DNA of 56,381 nucleotides from Thermoflexaceae bacterium. Lineage in GTDB: Bacteria > Bacillota > Clostridia > Lachnospirales > Lachnospiraceae. Every line of letters begins with the position of its first letter. Position 1 is the stretch's first letter. Location of the stretch: positions 1 to 56,381 of the forward strand of contig JAQXXN010000006.1 of NCBI GenBank assembly GCA_029226085.1, given 5' to 3'. Both the position numbers and the translations under genes were made by a program. Below, piece after piece: positions 20,836 through 27,518 of the stretch. The notes below the pieces were generated by a model. It had not been told where the DNA came from. It saw only the letters and a list, made by a program, of their open reading frames with translations, and made no database searches.

Positions 20836-20874
20836 CTGCTATTTGGAAATATGCGCCGTAAAGCGTAATAAAAA

Positions 20875-20918
20875 GGGGATGTTGCTTCACGAATTTCCGT
20901 TAAGCGACATCCCCTTTG
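20875..20918 (+). terminator. Rho-independent terminator of kdgK
   Basis: GGGGATGTTGCTT / AAGCGACATCCCC stem followed by TTTG. It is preceded by an A-run. Confidence 0.6.
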
Positions 20919-21278
20919 AGTATAAACAACGTATCTTTTGGGAAAATCATTTACATAATGGCATAGGATTTTATCTTTTTCGCTTTTCCTATGCCATGTT
21001 TATTCACAAATCATTTATTAAAATGCTGATGTGGCATAGGAAAATGCATTTTTTCCAATTCCTATGCCAATATCATTCTTTGAAATACCAATGCTGGCAT
21101 AGAATATTTCATTTCCATTATTCCCTATGCCGTATTTGCTCTGAACAACATTGTTTCGGCACTTTTTGCATTATTCCAATTTTCCTCAGCTACTCTATCC
21201 TGAATATTCTTTGTCTACATAATGAAAGGAGCACGTCGCTTAACAAATTTTCATTTGTTAAAGTAATATGCTCCTTTC
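20906..21278. repeat. Structured intergenic repeat element, copy A (3 hairpin modules + terminal hairpin)
   Basis: Nucleotide homology by eye to 24328-24745 over its whole length. Hairpin modules lie at 20960-20995 (GGCATAGGA/TCCTATGCC), 21033-21068 (GGCATAGGAA/TTCCTATGCC) and 21096-21131 (GGCATAG/CTATGCC). The terminal hairpin is at 21224-21278 (GAAAGGAGCA/TGCTCCTTTC). Confidence 0.7.
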
Positions 21279-21282
21279 ATTC

Positions 21283-21660
21283 TTACTTAAGATATGCAAT
21301 TGCCTCTACTTCACACAGAACATTCTTTGGCAGTGTCTTTACCGCAACACAGCTTCTTGCCGGCTTTCCGGTAAAATACTTCTCATATACCGCATTAAAT
21401 GCTGCAAAATCCTCCATGTTGGCAAGAAAACATGTTGTCTTAACCGTATCTTCATAGGTGACACCGGCTGCTTCCAGAATACCGCCAAGATTCTTCATAA
21501 CCTGTTCTGCCTGCTCTGTGATGTCAGAACCCACAATAGCTCCCGTATCAGGATCTGCCGGAATCTGTCCGGATGTAAGAAGGATTTTGTCCATGACGAT
21601 TCCCTGTGAATATGGTCCGATTGCTTTTGGTGCATTTTCAGTTGAAATCTTCTTCATCAT
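21283..21660 (-). CDS. ridA: RidA/YjgF-family reactive-intermediate deaminase
   Basis: ENAPKAIGPYSQG signature. I set the start at ATG 21660, 8 nt after GGAGG; the track ORF begins at an upstream GTG that lies inside the SD. Confidence 0.9.
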   Translation of the reverse strand: MMKKISTENAPKAIGPYSQGIVMDKILLTSGQIPADPDTGAIVGSDITEQAEQVMKNLGGILEAAGVTYEDTVKTTCFLANMEDFAAFNAVYEKYFTGKPARSCVAVKTLPKNVLCEVEAIAYLK

Positions 21661-21789
21661 AATATATTCCTCCACGTTTTTTAACTTTCTTTTTATTCCT
21701 CTTTATGAAAATCTCAATGGGACTATTGTATCACAAAGGCAGCATTTAGACAATAAAAAACCATTATCTGAAAATCTGCAATATTTATA

Positions 21790-23163
21790 CTAATCAATAT
21801 ACTTTCTTACCTGTTCTTCCATCTCTGCATCACTGATAATTGTGATTCTGCCTTCATCATACTGGGCCGTTACCCAGCTGTATATTTTTTCAACAACCGG
21901 ATCATTCTTTGCAATCTCAGGTTTTCCCTGCTTTGCCAGATACCGGTTAATCCAGTATGCAACACCTGCCATTCCCGATGTATTGGTAATGGAAACCTTC
22001 GGCGGGCAGTTAAGAATGGTCTCGGTATCAAAAATATTGTAGATTTCCTGATTCTTCATCATTCCGTCTGCATGAATTCCAGCTCTCGTGAGATTGAAAT
22101 TCTCACCGACAAACGGTGTCATCGGCGGAATGTCATATCCGGTTTCATTCTGGATATAATCGGCAATTTCCGTGATAACCTGTGTATTCATACCGTTGGT
22201 ATGCCCTCTTAAAGAAGCATATTCAAATACCATGGCTTCAAGCGGCACATTACCGGTTCTCTCTCCAATACCAAGTAATGAACAATTGACAGCACTTGCA
22301 CCGTACATCCATGCCGTTGTGGCATTCACCACTCCCTTGTAAAAATCATTATGTCCATGCCATTCAAGCATTTCCGAAGGAACATCCGCATAATGCTGAA
22401 GTCCGTAAATAATACCGGATACGCTTCGTGGAAGTGCAACACCAGGATACGGGACACCAAATCCCATGGTATCACACGCCCTGATTTTAATCGGCACTCC
22501 GCTTTCTTTTGAGATTTCCATTAACTTATTGGCAAACGGAACCACGAAACCGTAAAAATCAGCCCGCGTAATATCTTCAAAATGGCATCTTGGACGAAGA
22601 CCCGCTTCAATACAATCGGATACGATTGATACATATTTATCCAGTGCCTGTTGTCTCGTCAGACCCATCTTGTGGAAAATATGATAATCCGAGCAGCTGA
22701 CCAGGACACCTGTTTCCTTAACACCGATGGACTTTACAAGTTCAAAATCCTTCTTTGTTGCCCGAATCCACGTTGTAATTTCCGGAAACTGATAGCCAAG
22801 CTCCATGCACTTTTCAAGTGCCTTACGGTCTTTTTCCGAATACACAAAGAATTCCGTCTGGCGTATCATGCCTTTTTCGCCGCCAAGCTTATGTAAAAGT
22901 TCATAGATATGAACCATCTGTTCTGTGGTATATGGGGTTCTGGACTGCTGGCCATCCCGAAAGGTCGTATCCGTGATAAATATATCCTCCGGCATGTTTT
23001 CAGGCACCTTCCGGTAATTGAATGCAATCTTGGGTGTTTCCGTATATGGAAACATCTCACGGAAAAGTTCCGGATTCTCAACATCCTGTAACTGGTAAAT
23101 ATATGGATCCTGCTCCAGTTTATAGGTTTTATCACTTAATTTAATGTCCTGCATTTCTTTCAT
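21790..23163 (-). CDS. HMGL-like (2-isopropylmalate/homocitrate synthase family) enzyme, resembling clostridial Re-citrate synthase
   Basis: 457 aa with DRE-TIM metallolyase motifs TTFRDGQQ and HGHNDF. The long N-terminal lead-in and the length fit the Re-citrate synthase subgroup; this assignment is inference. Confidence 0.7.
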   Translation of the reverse strand: MKEMQDIKLSDKTYKLEQDPYIYQLQDVENPELFREMFPYTETPKIAFNYRKVPENMPEDIFITDTTFRDGQQSRTPYTTEQMVHIYELLHKLGGEKGMIRQTEFFVYSEKDRKALEKCMELGYQFPEITTWIRATKKDFELVKSIGVKETGVLVSCSDYHIFHKMGLTRQQALDKYVSIVSDCIEAGLRPRCHFEDITRADFYGFVVPFANKLMEISKESGVPIKIRACDTMGFGVPYPGVALPRSVSGIIYGLQHYADVPSEMLEWHGHNDFYKGVVNATTAWMYGASAVNCSLLGIGERTGNVPLEAMVFEYASLRGHTNGMNTQVITEIADYIQNETGYDIPPMTPFVGENFNLTRAGIHADGMMKNQEIYNIFDTETILNCPPKVSITNTSGMAGVAYWINRYLAKQGKPEIAKNDPVVEKIYSWVTAQYDEGRITIISDAEMEEQVRKYID

Positions 23164-23220
23164 CCTCCCAAAACATATAACGGTAAATACAAACTTGACA
23201 CCATTATATTAATTGGTATA

Positions 23221-23239
23221 TTATTTGTAAAACAAATAA
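23221..23239. promoter_or_regulatory. Candidate LysR-type operator (perfect inverted repeat, T-N11-A compatible)
   Basis: TTATTTGT-AAA-ACAAATAA lies in the 119-bp divergent intergenic region between the synthase gene and the LysR gene. Confidence 0.35.
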
Positions 23240-23282
23240 TTCTGATAATTATAATCGAAAAATCGAATTATAGGAGGTTTTC

Positions 23283-24134
23283 ATGGATATCGAATCCTTA
23301 AAAACATTTCTTGTACTCTCAGACACAAGAAACTTTACCCGTGCTGCCGGACAGTTATTTGTTGCACAATCAACTGTTACCAACCGTATTAACGAGCTGG
23401 AAAAGGAGCTTCAGATTTCTTTATTCACCAGAAACAACCGTATGGTTGAACTTACTCCGGAGGGAGAACAGTTTCTTATTTATGCCAAAAAAGTAATTGA
23501 CCTTACTAACTCTTCCCTTTCAGAAATCAGCTCCCTTCAGAAATTCGATAACCGTTACCGCATCGGTTCTGCTGATTCAATATATGACGGTCATCTGGCA
23601 CCATTGATTTTAAAACATCAGCAAACACACCCGAATGACTCCATAAAGATAACCATCGGTCTTTCCAGCCATCTTTTAGATTTACTGCAATCCAATATCC
23701 TAGATATTGTGTTTACTTATCTGCCTTTAAATAAATCCGATTATAAATGTGAAATATTCCGGCATGACCCAATGGCGCTTGTCACCGATTATAAGAATGA
23801 GAAATACAAAAACGGCATCACTGCCCAACAGTTATTACAGGAAAATTACCTGATGTGTAACTTCGCACTGCAGGATGTGGGACAGTTTATCCGAAATCTT
23901 TTCCCAAAATACCATCAGTTTGCCCTGGAAATTGACGACTGTTCCAAAATTATACCGTTTCTTCTCAATCAGCAAAACTATACGTTTCTTCCTGAAGACA
24001 TGGCTGCGCCTTATATTGAAAGCAAAAAGCTGCGCCTTATTCCTTTAAAGGATTTTCAGACACCGATTATTAACAGTTATATCATTGGAAAAAAGCCCAA
24101 ACTGGAACTTTGGAAGAAAAATTTTAAAGAATAA
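23283..24134 (+). CDS. LysR-family transcriptional regulator
   Basis: N-terminal HTH (FTRAAGQLFVAQSTVTNRINELEKEL) plus a substrate-binding domain. 283 aa, divergent from 21790-23163. Confidence 0.9.
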   Translation: MDIESLKTFLVLSDTRNFTRAAGQLFVAQSTVTNRINELEKELQISLFTRNNRMVELTPEGEQFLIYAKKVIDLTNSSLSEISSLQKFDNRYRIGSADSIYDGHLAPLILKHQQTHPNDSIKITIGLSSHLLDLLQSNILDIVFTYLPLNKSDYKCEIFRHDPMALVTDYKNEKYKNGITAQQLLQENYLMCNFALQDVGQFIRNLFPKYHQFALEIDDCSKIIPFLLNQQNYTFLPEDMAAPYIESKKLRLIPLKDFQTPIINSYIIGKKPKLELWKKNFKE

Positions 24135-24150
24135 AAAAGCGTGACGGGGT

Positions 24151-24253
24151 GAGTGGCGTCCAGTGGACGCCATGCTACGAACCGACCGAGCCGGCAGGCG
24201 AGAGAGTGGTGTCCAGTGGACGTGCTACGAACCGACCGAGCCGGCAGGCGAGA
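24151..24253. repeat. GC-rich tandem duplication (53 + 50 bp), each unit starting with a tight hairpin
   Basis: Unit 1 (24151-24203) is GAGTGGCGTCCAGTGGACGCCATGCTACGAACCGACCGAGCCGGCAGGCGAGA. Unit 2 (24204-24253) is identical except for a C-to-T change and a 3-nt deletion. It has a GGCGTCC-AGT-GGACGCC stem-loop. GC content is clearly above the AT-rich flanks. Confidence 0.75.
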
Positions 24254-24327
24254 ACCGAACCAATGCATTTTCATTATTTTAAGGCATTGATTCAGAGGTT
24301 CGCTCAGGCCTCTTTAATGCAAAAAAT

Positions 24328-24745
24328 GACAGCCCCTTTTGAGTGTAGAAAAGTATCCTTTGGAAAACATTTACATATTGGCATAGTATTTTATCTTTTT
24401 CTCTTTCTCTATGCCAATCTTATTCTTTGAAATGCCGATGTGGGCATAGAGAATTTCATTTCTTCCAATCTCTATGCCAATCCCATTCTTTAAAATGCCG
24501 ATGTGGGCATAGAGAATTTCATTTCTTCCAATCTCTATGCCAATCCCATTCTTTAAAATGCCAATATTGGCATAGAGAATTTCATTTCTTCTATTCTCTA
24601 TGCCGGATTTTGTGCTGTATTGTTTCGGCATAAATTTTTGCATATAACTAATTTCCTATGTTATACCACCTTGAATATTCTTTGTCTACATCATGAAGGG
24701 AGCATGTCGCCTCACAAATTTTCATTCGTTAAAGCGACACCCTCA
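24328..24745. repeat. Structured intergenic repeat element, copy B (4 hairpin modules at exact 63-bp period + terminal hairpin)
   Basis: Modules at 24380-24415, 24443-24478, 24506-24541 and 24569-24604 (GGCATAGAGA/TCTCTATGCC; the last has the 12-bp stem GGCATAGAGAAT/ATTCTCTATGCC). A perfect 16-bp palindrome ATGCCAATATTGGCAT lies at 24558-24573. The terminal hairpin has TGTCGC (24705-24710) and GCGACA (24734-24739). Confidence 0.75.
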
Positions 24746-24761
24746 TTTTCTGCATTAAAAA

Positions 24762-24833
24762 AGCGCGAGACGGGAGTCGAACCCGCGACCTTCTCCTTGG
24801 CAAGGAGACGCTCCACCACTGAGCCACTCGCGC
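24762..24833 (-). tRNA. tRNA-Gly (anticodon GCC)
   Basis: The reverse complement GCGCGAGTGGCTCAGTGGTGGAGCGTCTCCTTGCCAAGGAGAAGGTCGCGGGTTCGACTCCCGTCTCGCGCT folds as a cloverleaf. Anticodon loop TTGCCAA, T-loop TTCGACT, no encoded CCA. Confidence 0.92.
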
Positions 24834-24841
24834 ATATACAG

Positions 24842-24914
<73 letters not shown>

Positions 24915-24973
24915 ATGTCTATTCATTTGTCCAGTGCAAGTCAATCACTGTCTTTGACTTGCACCGCTTGTCC

Positions 24974-25002
24974 ATTTTATCATTCCACGAAAAATAAGTC
25001 AA
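24974..25002 (-). promoter_or_regulatory. Sigma-A-type promoter of the tRNA-Phe/tRNA-Gly unit
   Basis: On the minus strand: TTGACT (25002-24997), a 17-nt spacer, then TAAAAT (24979-24974). Confidence 0.5.
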
Positions 25003-25034
25003 TCACTAAATTTTATTTTTCAGGCAAATCTGTT

Positions 25035-25379
25035 TTAAAAGTTACTACCGTTCCATCCCCAGTTCGTTACCGCCTCATATTTGACATAAACATGATCCTG
25101 CGGAATTCCAAGCACTTCCTCAAATATCCGGCATACTTCGCCGGTCATTTTAGAAAAAGCCGCCTTATTCTCCCCGCCAAATACTTTTACCTCAACAAAT
25201 GCACAAGGTACACTGTTATCACCCCTGAAATACAGATGATATTCATCCATAAAGCCTGTCATGAGCCAGCTTTCACTCTTTCCCGGAATCGTTTCAATCG
25301 CTTTTCCCAATCTGGTCTTTAGTTCAAGTTCTTGTTCTTTGCTGATTTTTACACTTACTTTTGAATCAATAAATGGCAT
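25035..25379 (-). CDS. MIF/phenylpyruvate tautomerase-family protein (Pro-1 tautomerase superfamily)
   Basis: From Met-8 of the track ORF the protein starts MPFIDSK (Pro-1 after Met removal). It aligns by eye with MIF along its length (SVPCAFVEVKVFGG...VYVKYEAVTNWGWNGSNF versus EPCALCSLHSIGKIGG...[21 protein letters not shown]). Confidence 0.75.
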   Translation of the reverse strand: MPFIDSKVSVKISKEQELELKTRLGKAIETIPGKSESWLMTGFMDEYHLYFRGDNSVPCAFVEVKVFGGENKAAFSKMTGEVCRIFEEVLGIPQDHVYVKYEAVTNWGWNGSNF

Positions 25380-25396
25380 GCTGTGTTCTCTCCTTT

Positions 25397-26038
25397 TCAT
25401 GAATTGCTATTATCTGAGTTGTCCTCTATCTTACGGAATATTCGGCTTAATACCTTACACTGAAGCAGAACGCTTACCGAGATTCCTCCAAAGATTACAT
25501 AAATCCATGCATATGATGTAAAGTATACAAGAATCGCCGGTATCGCGCCAATCACAATCAGGGCGATGGTATATGGCAGCTTGCTGATGCTAAGCAGAAT
25601 GGCATTCCGGATGGAATTGGAAATGGAATTCTCATACCTTGCCAGAAGTGGAAATAAGAACTGCATGACCATTACCACGAAAACAAGTGCCGCAACCGTA
25701 ACCATAAGCCCGGCATCCCGGTAGCTTTCCGTAGAATAATATAAAAACCAGGCATCCAGACCCAGTATGGAAAGAATAATCTCCAGCACAATTCCCACAA
25801 TTAGTCCCTGCTTCAGATTTTCCTTAAATGCCTTAAGATAGCCGCGTATGACATATCCTTCTTCTCCCCGTGCCATCTTAAGTGATATACTGTAAATTGA
25901 TATCATTGCATCCCCTATGGTTACAATGGGAATACAGGTTATAAGAAAAACCAGATTCAGAAAAATCAGATCTCCCAGTCTGTTCATAAAGCTAAAAAAG
26001 CCATTTTCTCCGTAACTATCCATGGTGCCTCCTGACAT
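25397..26038 (-). CDS. YesL-family (DUF624) integral membrane protein
   Basis: 213 aa with about 5 TM segments. The N-terminal FFSFMNRLGDLIFLNLVFLITCIPIVTIGDA pattern is typical of YesL. Confidence 0.6.
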   Translation of the reverse strand: MSGGTMDSYGENGFFSFMNRLGDLIFLNLVFLITCIPIVTIGDAMISIYSISLKMARGEEGYVIRGYLKAFKENLKQGLIVGIVLEIILSILGLDAWFLYYSTESYRDAGLMVTVAALVFVVMVMQFLFPLLARYENSISNSIRNAILLSISKLPYTIALIVIGAIPAILVYFTSYAWIYVIFGGISVSVLLQCKVLSRIFRKIEDNSDNSNS

Positions 26039-26135
26039 TTTTTCACAAGATTTCTAATTCCTGCTAAATATTATAGAATACCATGGCGGATTTCTCAATG
26101 GCTTTTCGTGACGTAAATCTTAAATATTTTATAAT

Positions 26136-27080
26136 CTATAATCCCTGATAATATTCCCGGAGAATATCACAGGACTTTTTCATCTTTTCCAGTTCTTCCG
26201 ACTCAAGATTCAGCTCAATTACCCTCTCAATTCCATGACGGTTTACCACGCAGGGTACACCGGCATACACATCTTTTTGTCCATACTCCCCATTGAGTTT
26301 CGCCGAAACCGTAAGCACACTGTTTTCATTTCCGAGAATTGCCCGGGTAATTCTTGTAAGTGCAATACCGATGCCATAATAGGTTGCTCTCTTCGCATCA
26401 ATTATTTTATATGCTGCGGTACGCACCTCCGTTGCAATCTTTTCCATCTCATCATAAGAAAACTCTCCCGGATATTTTTCAAAAATTTCTTTTACCGGCT
26501 TTGTGGCAAGAAGTGCCTGACTCCATGGCACAAATTCCGAATCACCGTGTTCCCCCATTACATACGCATGCATGTTTCTCGGGTCTACCTTAAAATACTT
26601 TCCCAGTTCATAGCGCAGCCTTGCCGTATCCAGTGCCGTACCGGTACCCAGCACTTTTTTTGAATCAAATCCGGATATTTCCTGCGTTATTCTTGTCATG
26701 ATATCCACTGGGTTGGTCGCAATCAGAAAAATTCCGTCAAATCCGCTCTTTACTACTTCTCCCACAATGGAACGGAATACTTCCTTATTTCTCTTTAGGA
26801 GATTTAATCTGCTTTCGCCGGGTTTCTGCGCCACTCCGGCACAAATCACAACGATATCCGCATCATGGCATTCCTCATATCCTCCTGCTTTAATAAGCAT
26901 GTTAGCCTGTGTAAATGCAAGACCGTGGTTTAAGTCCATTGCCTCACCTTGGGCCCGATTCATGTCAATATCCGTAAGCACCAGCTCATTACATGTATTC
27001 TGATTGAGCATGGCATATGCATAGCTCATCCCCACCATGCCTGTTCCGACAAGCACCACTTTTCTATTATCGATTCCCAT
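26136..27080 (-). CDS. ldh: L-lactate dehydrogenase
   Basis: NAD-binding KVVLVGTGMVGMS and catalytic-region GEHGDS. I set the start at ATG 27080 (MGIDNRK), 6 nt after AGGAGG; the track ORF extends 22 codons further upstream. Confidence 0.92.
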   Translation of the reverse strand: MGIDNRKVVLVGTGMVGMSYAYAMLNQNTCNELVLTDIDMNRAQGEAMDLNHGLAFTQANMLIKAGGYEECHDADIVVICAGVAQKPGESRLNLLKRNKEVFRSIVGEVVKSGFDGIFLIATNPVDIMTRITQEISGFDSKKVLGTGTALDTARLRYELGKYFKVDPRNMHAYVMGEHGDSEFVPWSQALLATKPVKEIFEKYPGEFSYDEMEKIATEVRTAAYKIIDAKRATYYGIGIALTRITRAILGNENSVLTVSAKLNGEYGQKDVYAGVPCVVNRHGIERVIELNLESEELEKMKKSCDILREYYQGL

Positions 27081-27153
27081 ACAAGACCTCCTGTCAGCAT
27101 TCTTATAATCATATTTAGAATTCCCCGATATATTCCCGTTATTCATTTTCCAT

Positions 27154-27204
27154 TAAAAAATAAAAAAGACAGCGCATAAGTCCTATAAGACCTAAGCTCT
27201 GTCT
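27154..27204 (-). terminator. Rho-independent terminator after tRNA-Leu
   Basis: Minus strand: AGACAGAGC...GCGCTGTCT stem followed by TTTTTTATTTTTT. Confidence 0.6.
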
Positions 27205-27212
27205 TCTTTCCA

Positions 27213-27298
27213 TGCCGCAGACCGGAGTCGAACCGGTATGGGAGATTAGTCCCGCAGGATTTTAAGTCCTGTGCGTCTGCCTATTCCGCCACTGCGGC
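27213..27298 (-). tRNA. tRNA-Leu (anticodon UAA), long variable arm
   Basis: The reverse complement is GCCGCAGTGGCGGAATAGGCAGACGCACAGGACTTAAAATCCTGCGGGACTAATCTCCCATACCGGTTCGACTCCGGTCTGCGGCA. Anticodon loop CTTAAAA. Confidence 0.92.
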
Positions 27299-27302
27299 AG
27301 AA

Positions 27303-27384
27303 TGGATGGAGGTGGATTCGAACCACCGAAGCGTGTCGCAACAGATTTACAGTCTGCCCCCTTTGGCCACTCGGGAATCCATCC
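27303..27384 (-). tRNA. tRNA-Tyr (anticodon GUA), long variable arm
   Basis: The reverse complement is GGATGGATTCCCGAGTGGCCAAAGGGGGCAGACTGTAAATCTGTTGCGACACGCTTCGGTGGTTCGAATCCACCTCCATCCA. Anticodon loop CTGTAAA. Confidence 0.92.
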
Positions 27385-27482
27385 TTAAATAACCTGACAA
27401 TAATATTTTATATCATACTCTTTACCAGAAAGCAAGATGTTTTTCATGTAAGAGGGCACCCTTATCCGAAAAACTGCATAAA

Positions 27483-27512
27483 AGAAGGAACACCACCAGA
27501 TGTCCCTCCTTC
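27483..27512 (-). terminator. Probable terminator after the SGNH-like gene
   Basis: Minus strand: GAAGGA...TCCTTC stem followed by TTTTAT, 7 nt after the stop at 27519. Confidence 0.4.
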
Positions 27513-27518
27513 AAATGT

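Noticed and set aside
24077-24430. ORFs 24149-24430 (+) and 24077-24274 (-) covering the GC-rich duplication
   Set aside because: They have no SD and show Arg/Pro/Ser-rich composition caused by GC-rich repeat DNA. One overlaps the LysR 3' end. I treated them as non-coding.
24380-24604. Regular 36-bp palindromic repeats at 63-bp spacing could be mistaken for a small CRISPR array
   Set aside because: The 27-bp 'spacers' are themselves nearly identical to each other. There is no leader or cas context. A paralogous copy with different spacing exists at 20960-21131. This is a tandem repeat, not a CRISPR array.
24371-24643. Repeat-containing ORFs across the hairpin arrays (24371-24643 minus, 24427-24633 plus, 20783-21457 plus); the 63-bp period equals 21 codons
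   Set aside because: The homologous frame in copy A hits a stop after 17 codons (MQKVPKQCCSEQIRHRE*). Copy A's module spacing (73 bp) breaks the frame. The peptides are low-complexity, and the 224-aa plus ORF runs antisense through ridA. Conservation is at the nucleotide and structure level, not the protein level.
27081-27146. Long N-terminal extensions in track ORFs (ldh 27146, glf 56324, kdgK 19795, mutS2 3809, divIC 36357, ridA 21675, amylase 30492, SGNH 28418, MIF 25400, glmU-like 46515)
   Set aside because: In each case an internal ATG sits 5-10 nt behind a clear GGAGG-type SD and matches the conserved family N-terminus. Several upstream 'starts' lie inside the SD itself or overlap the preceding gene.
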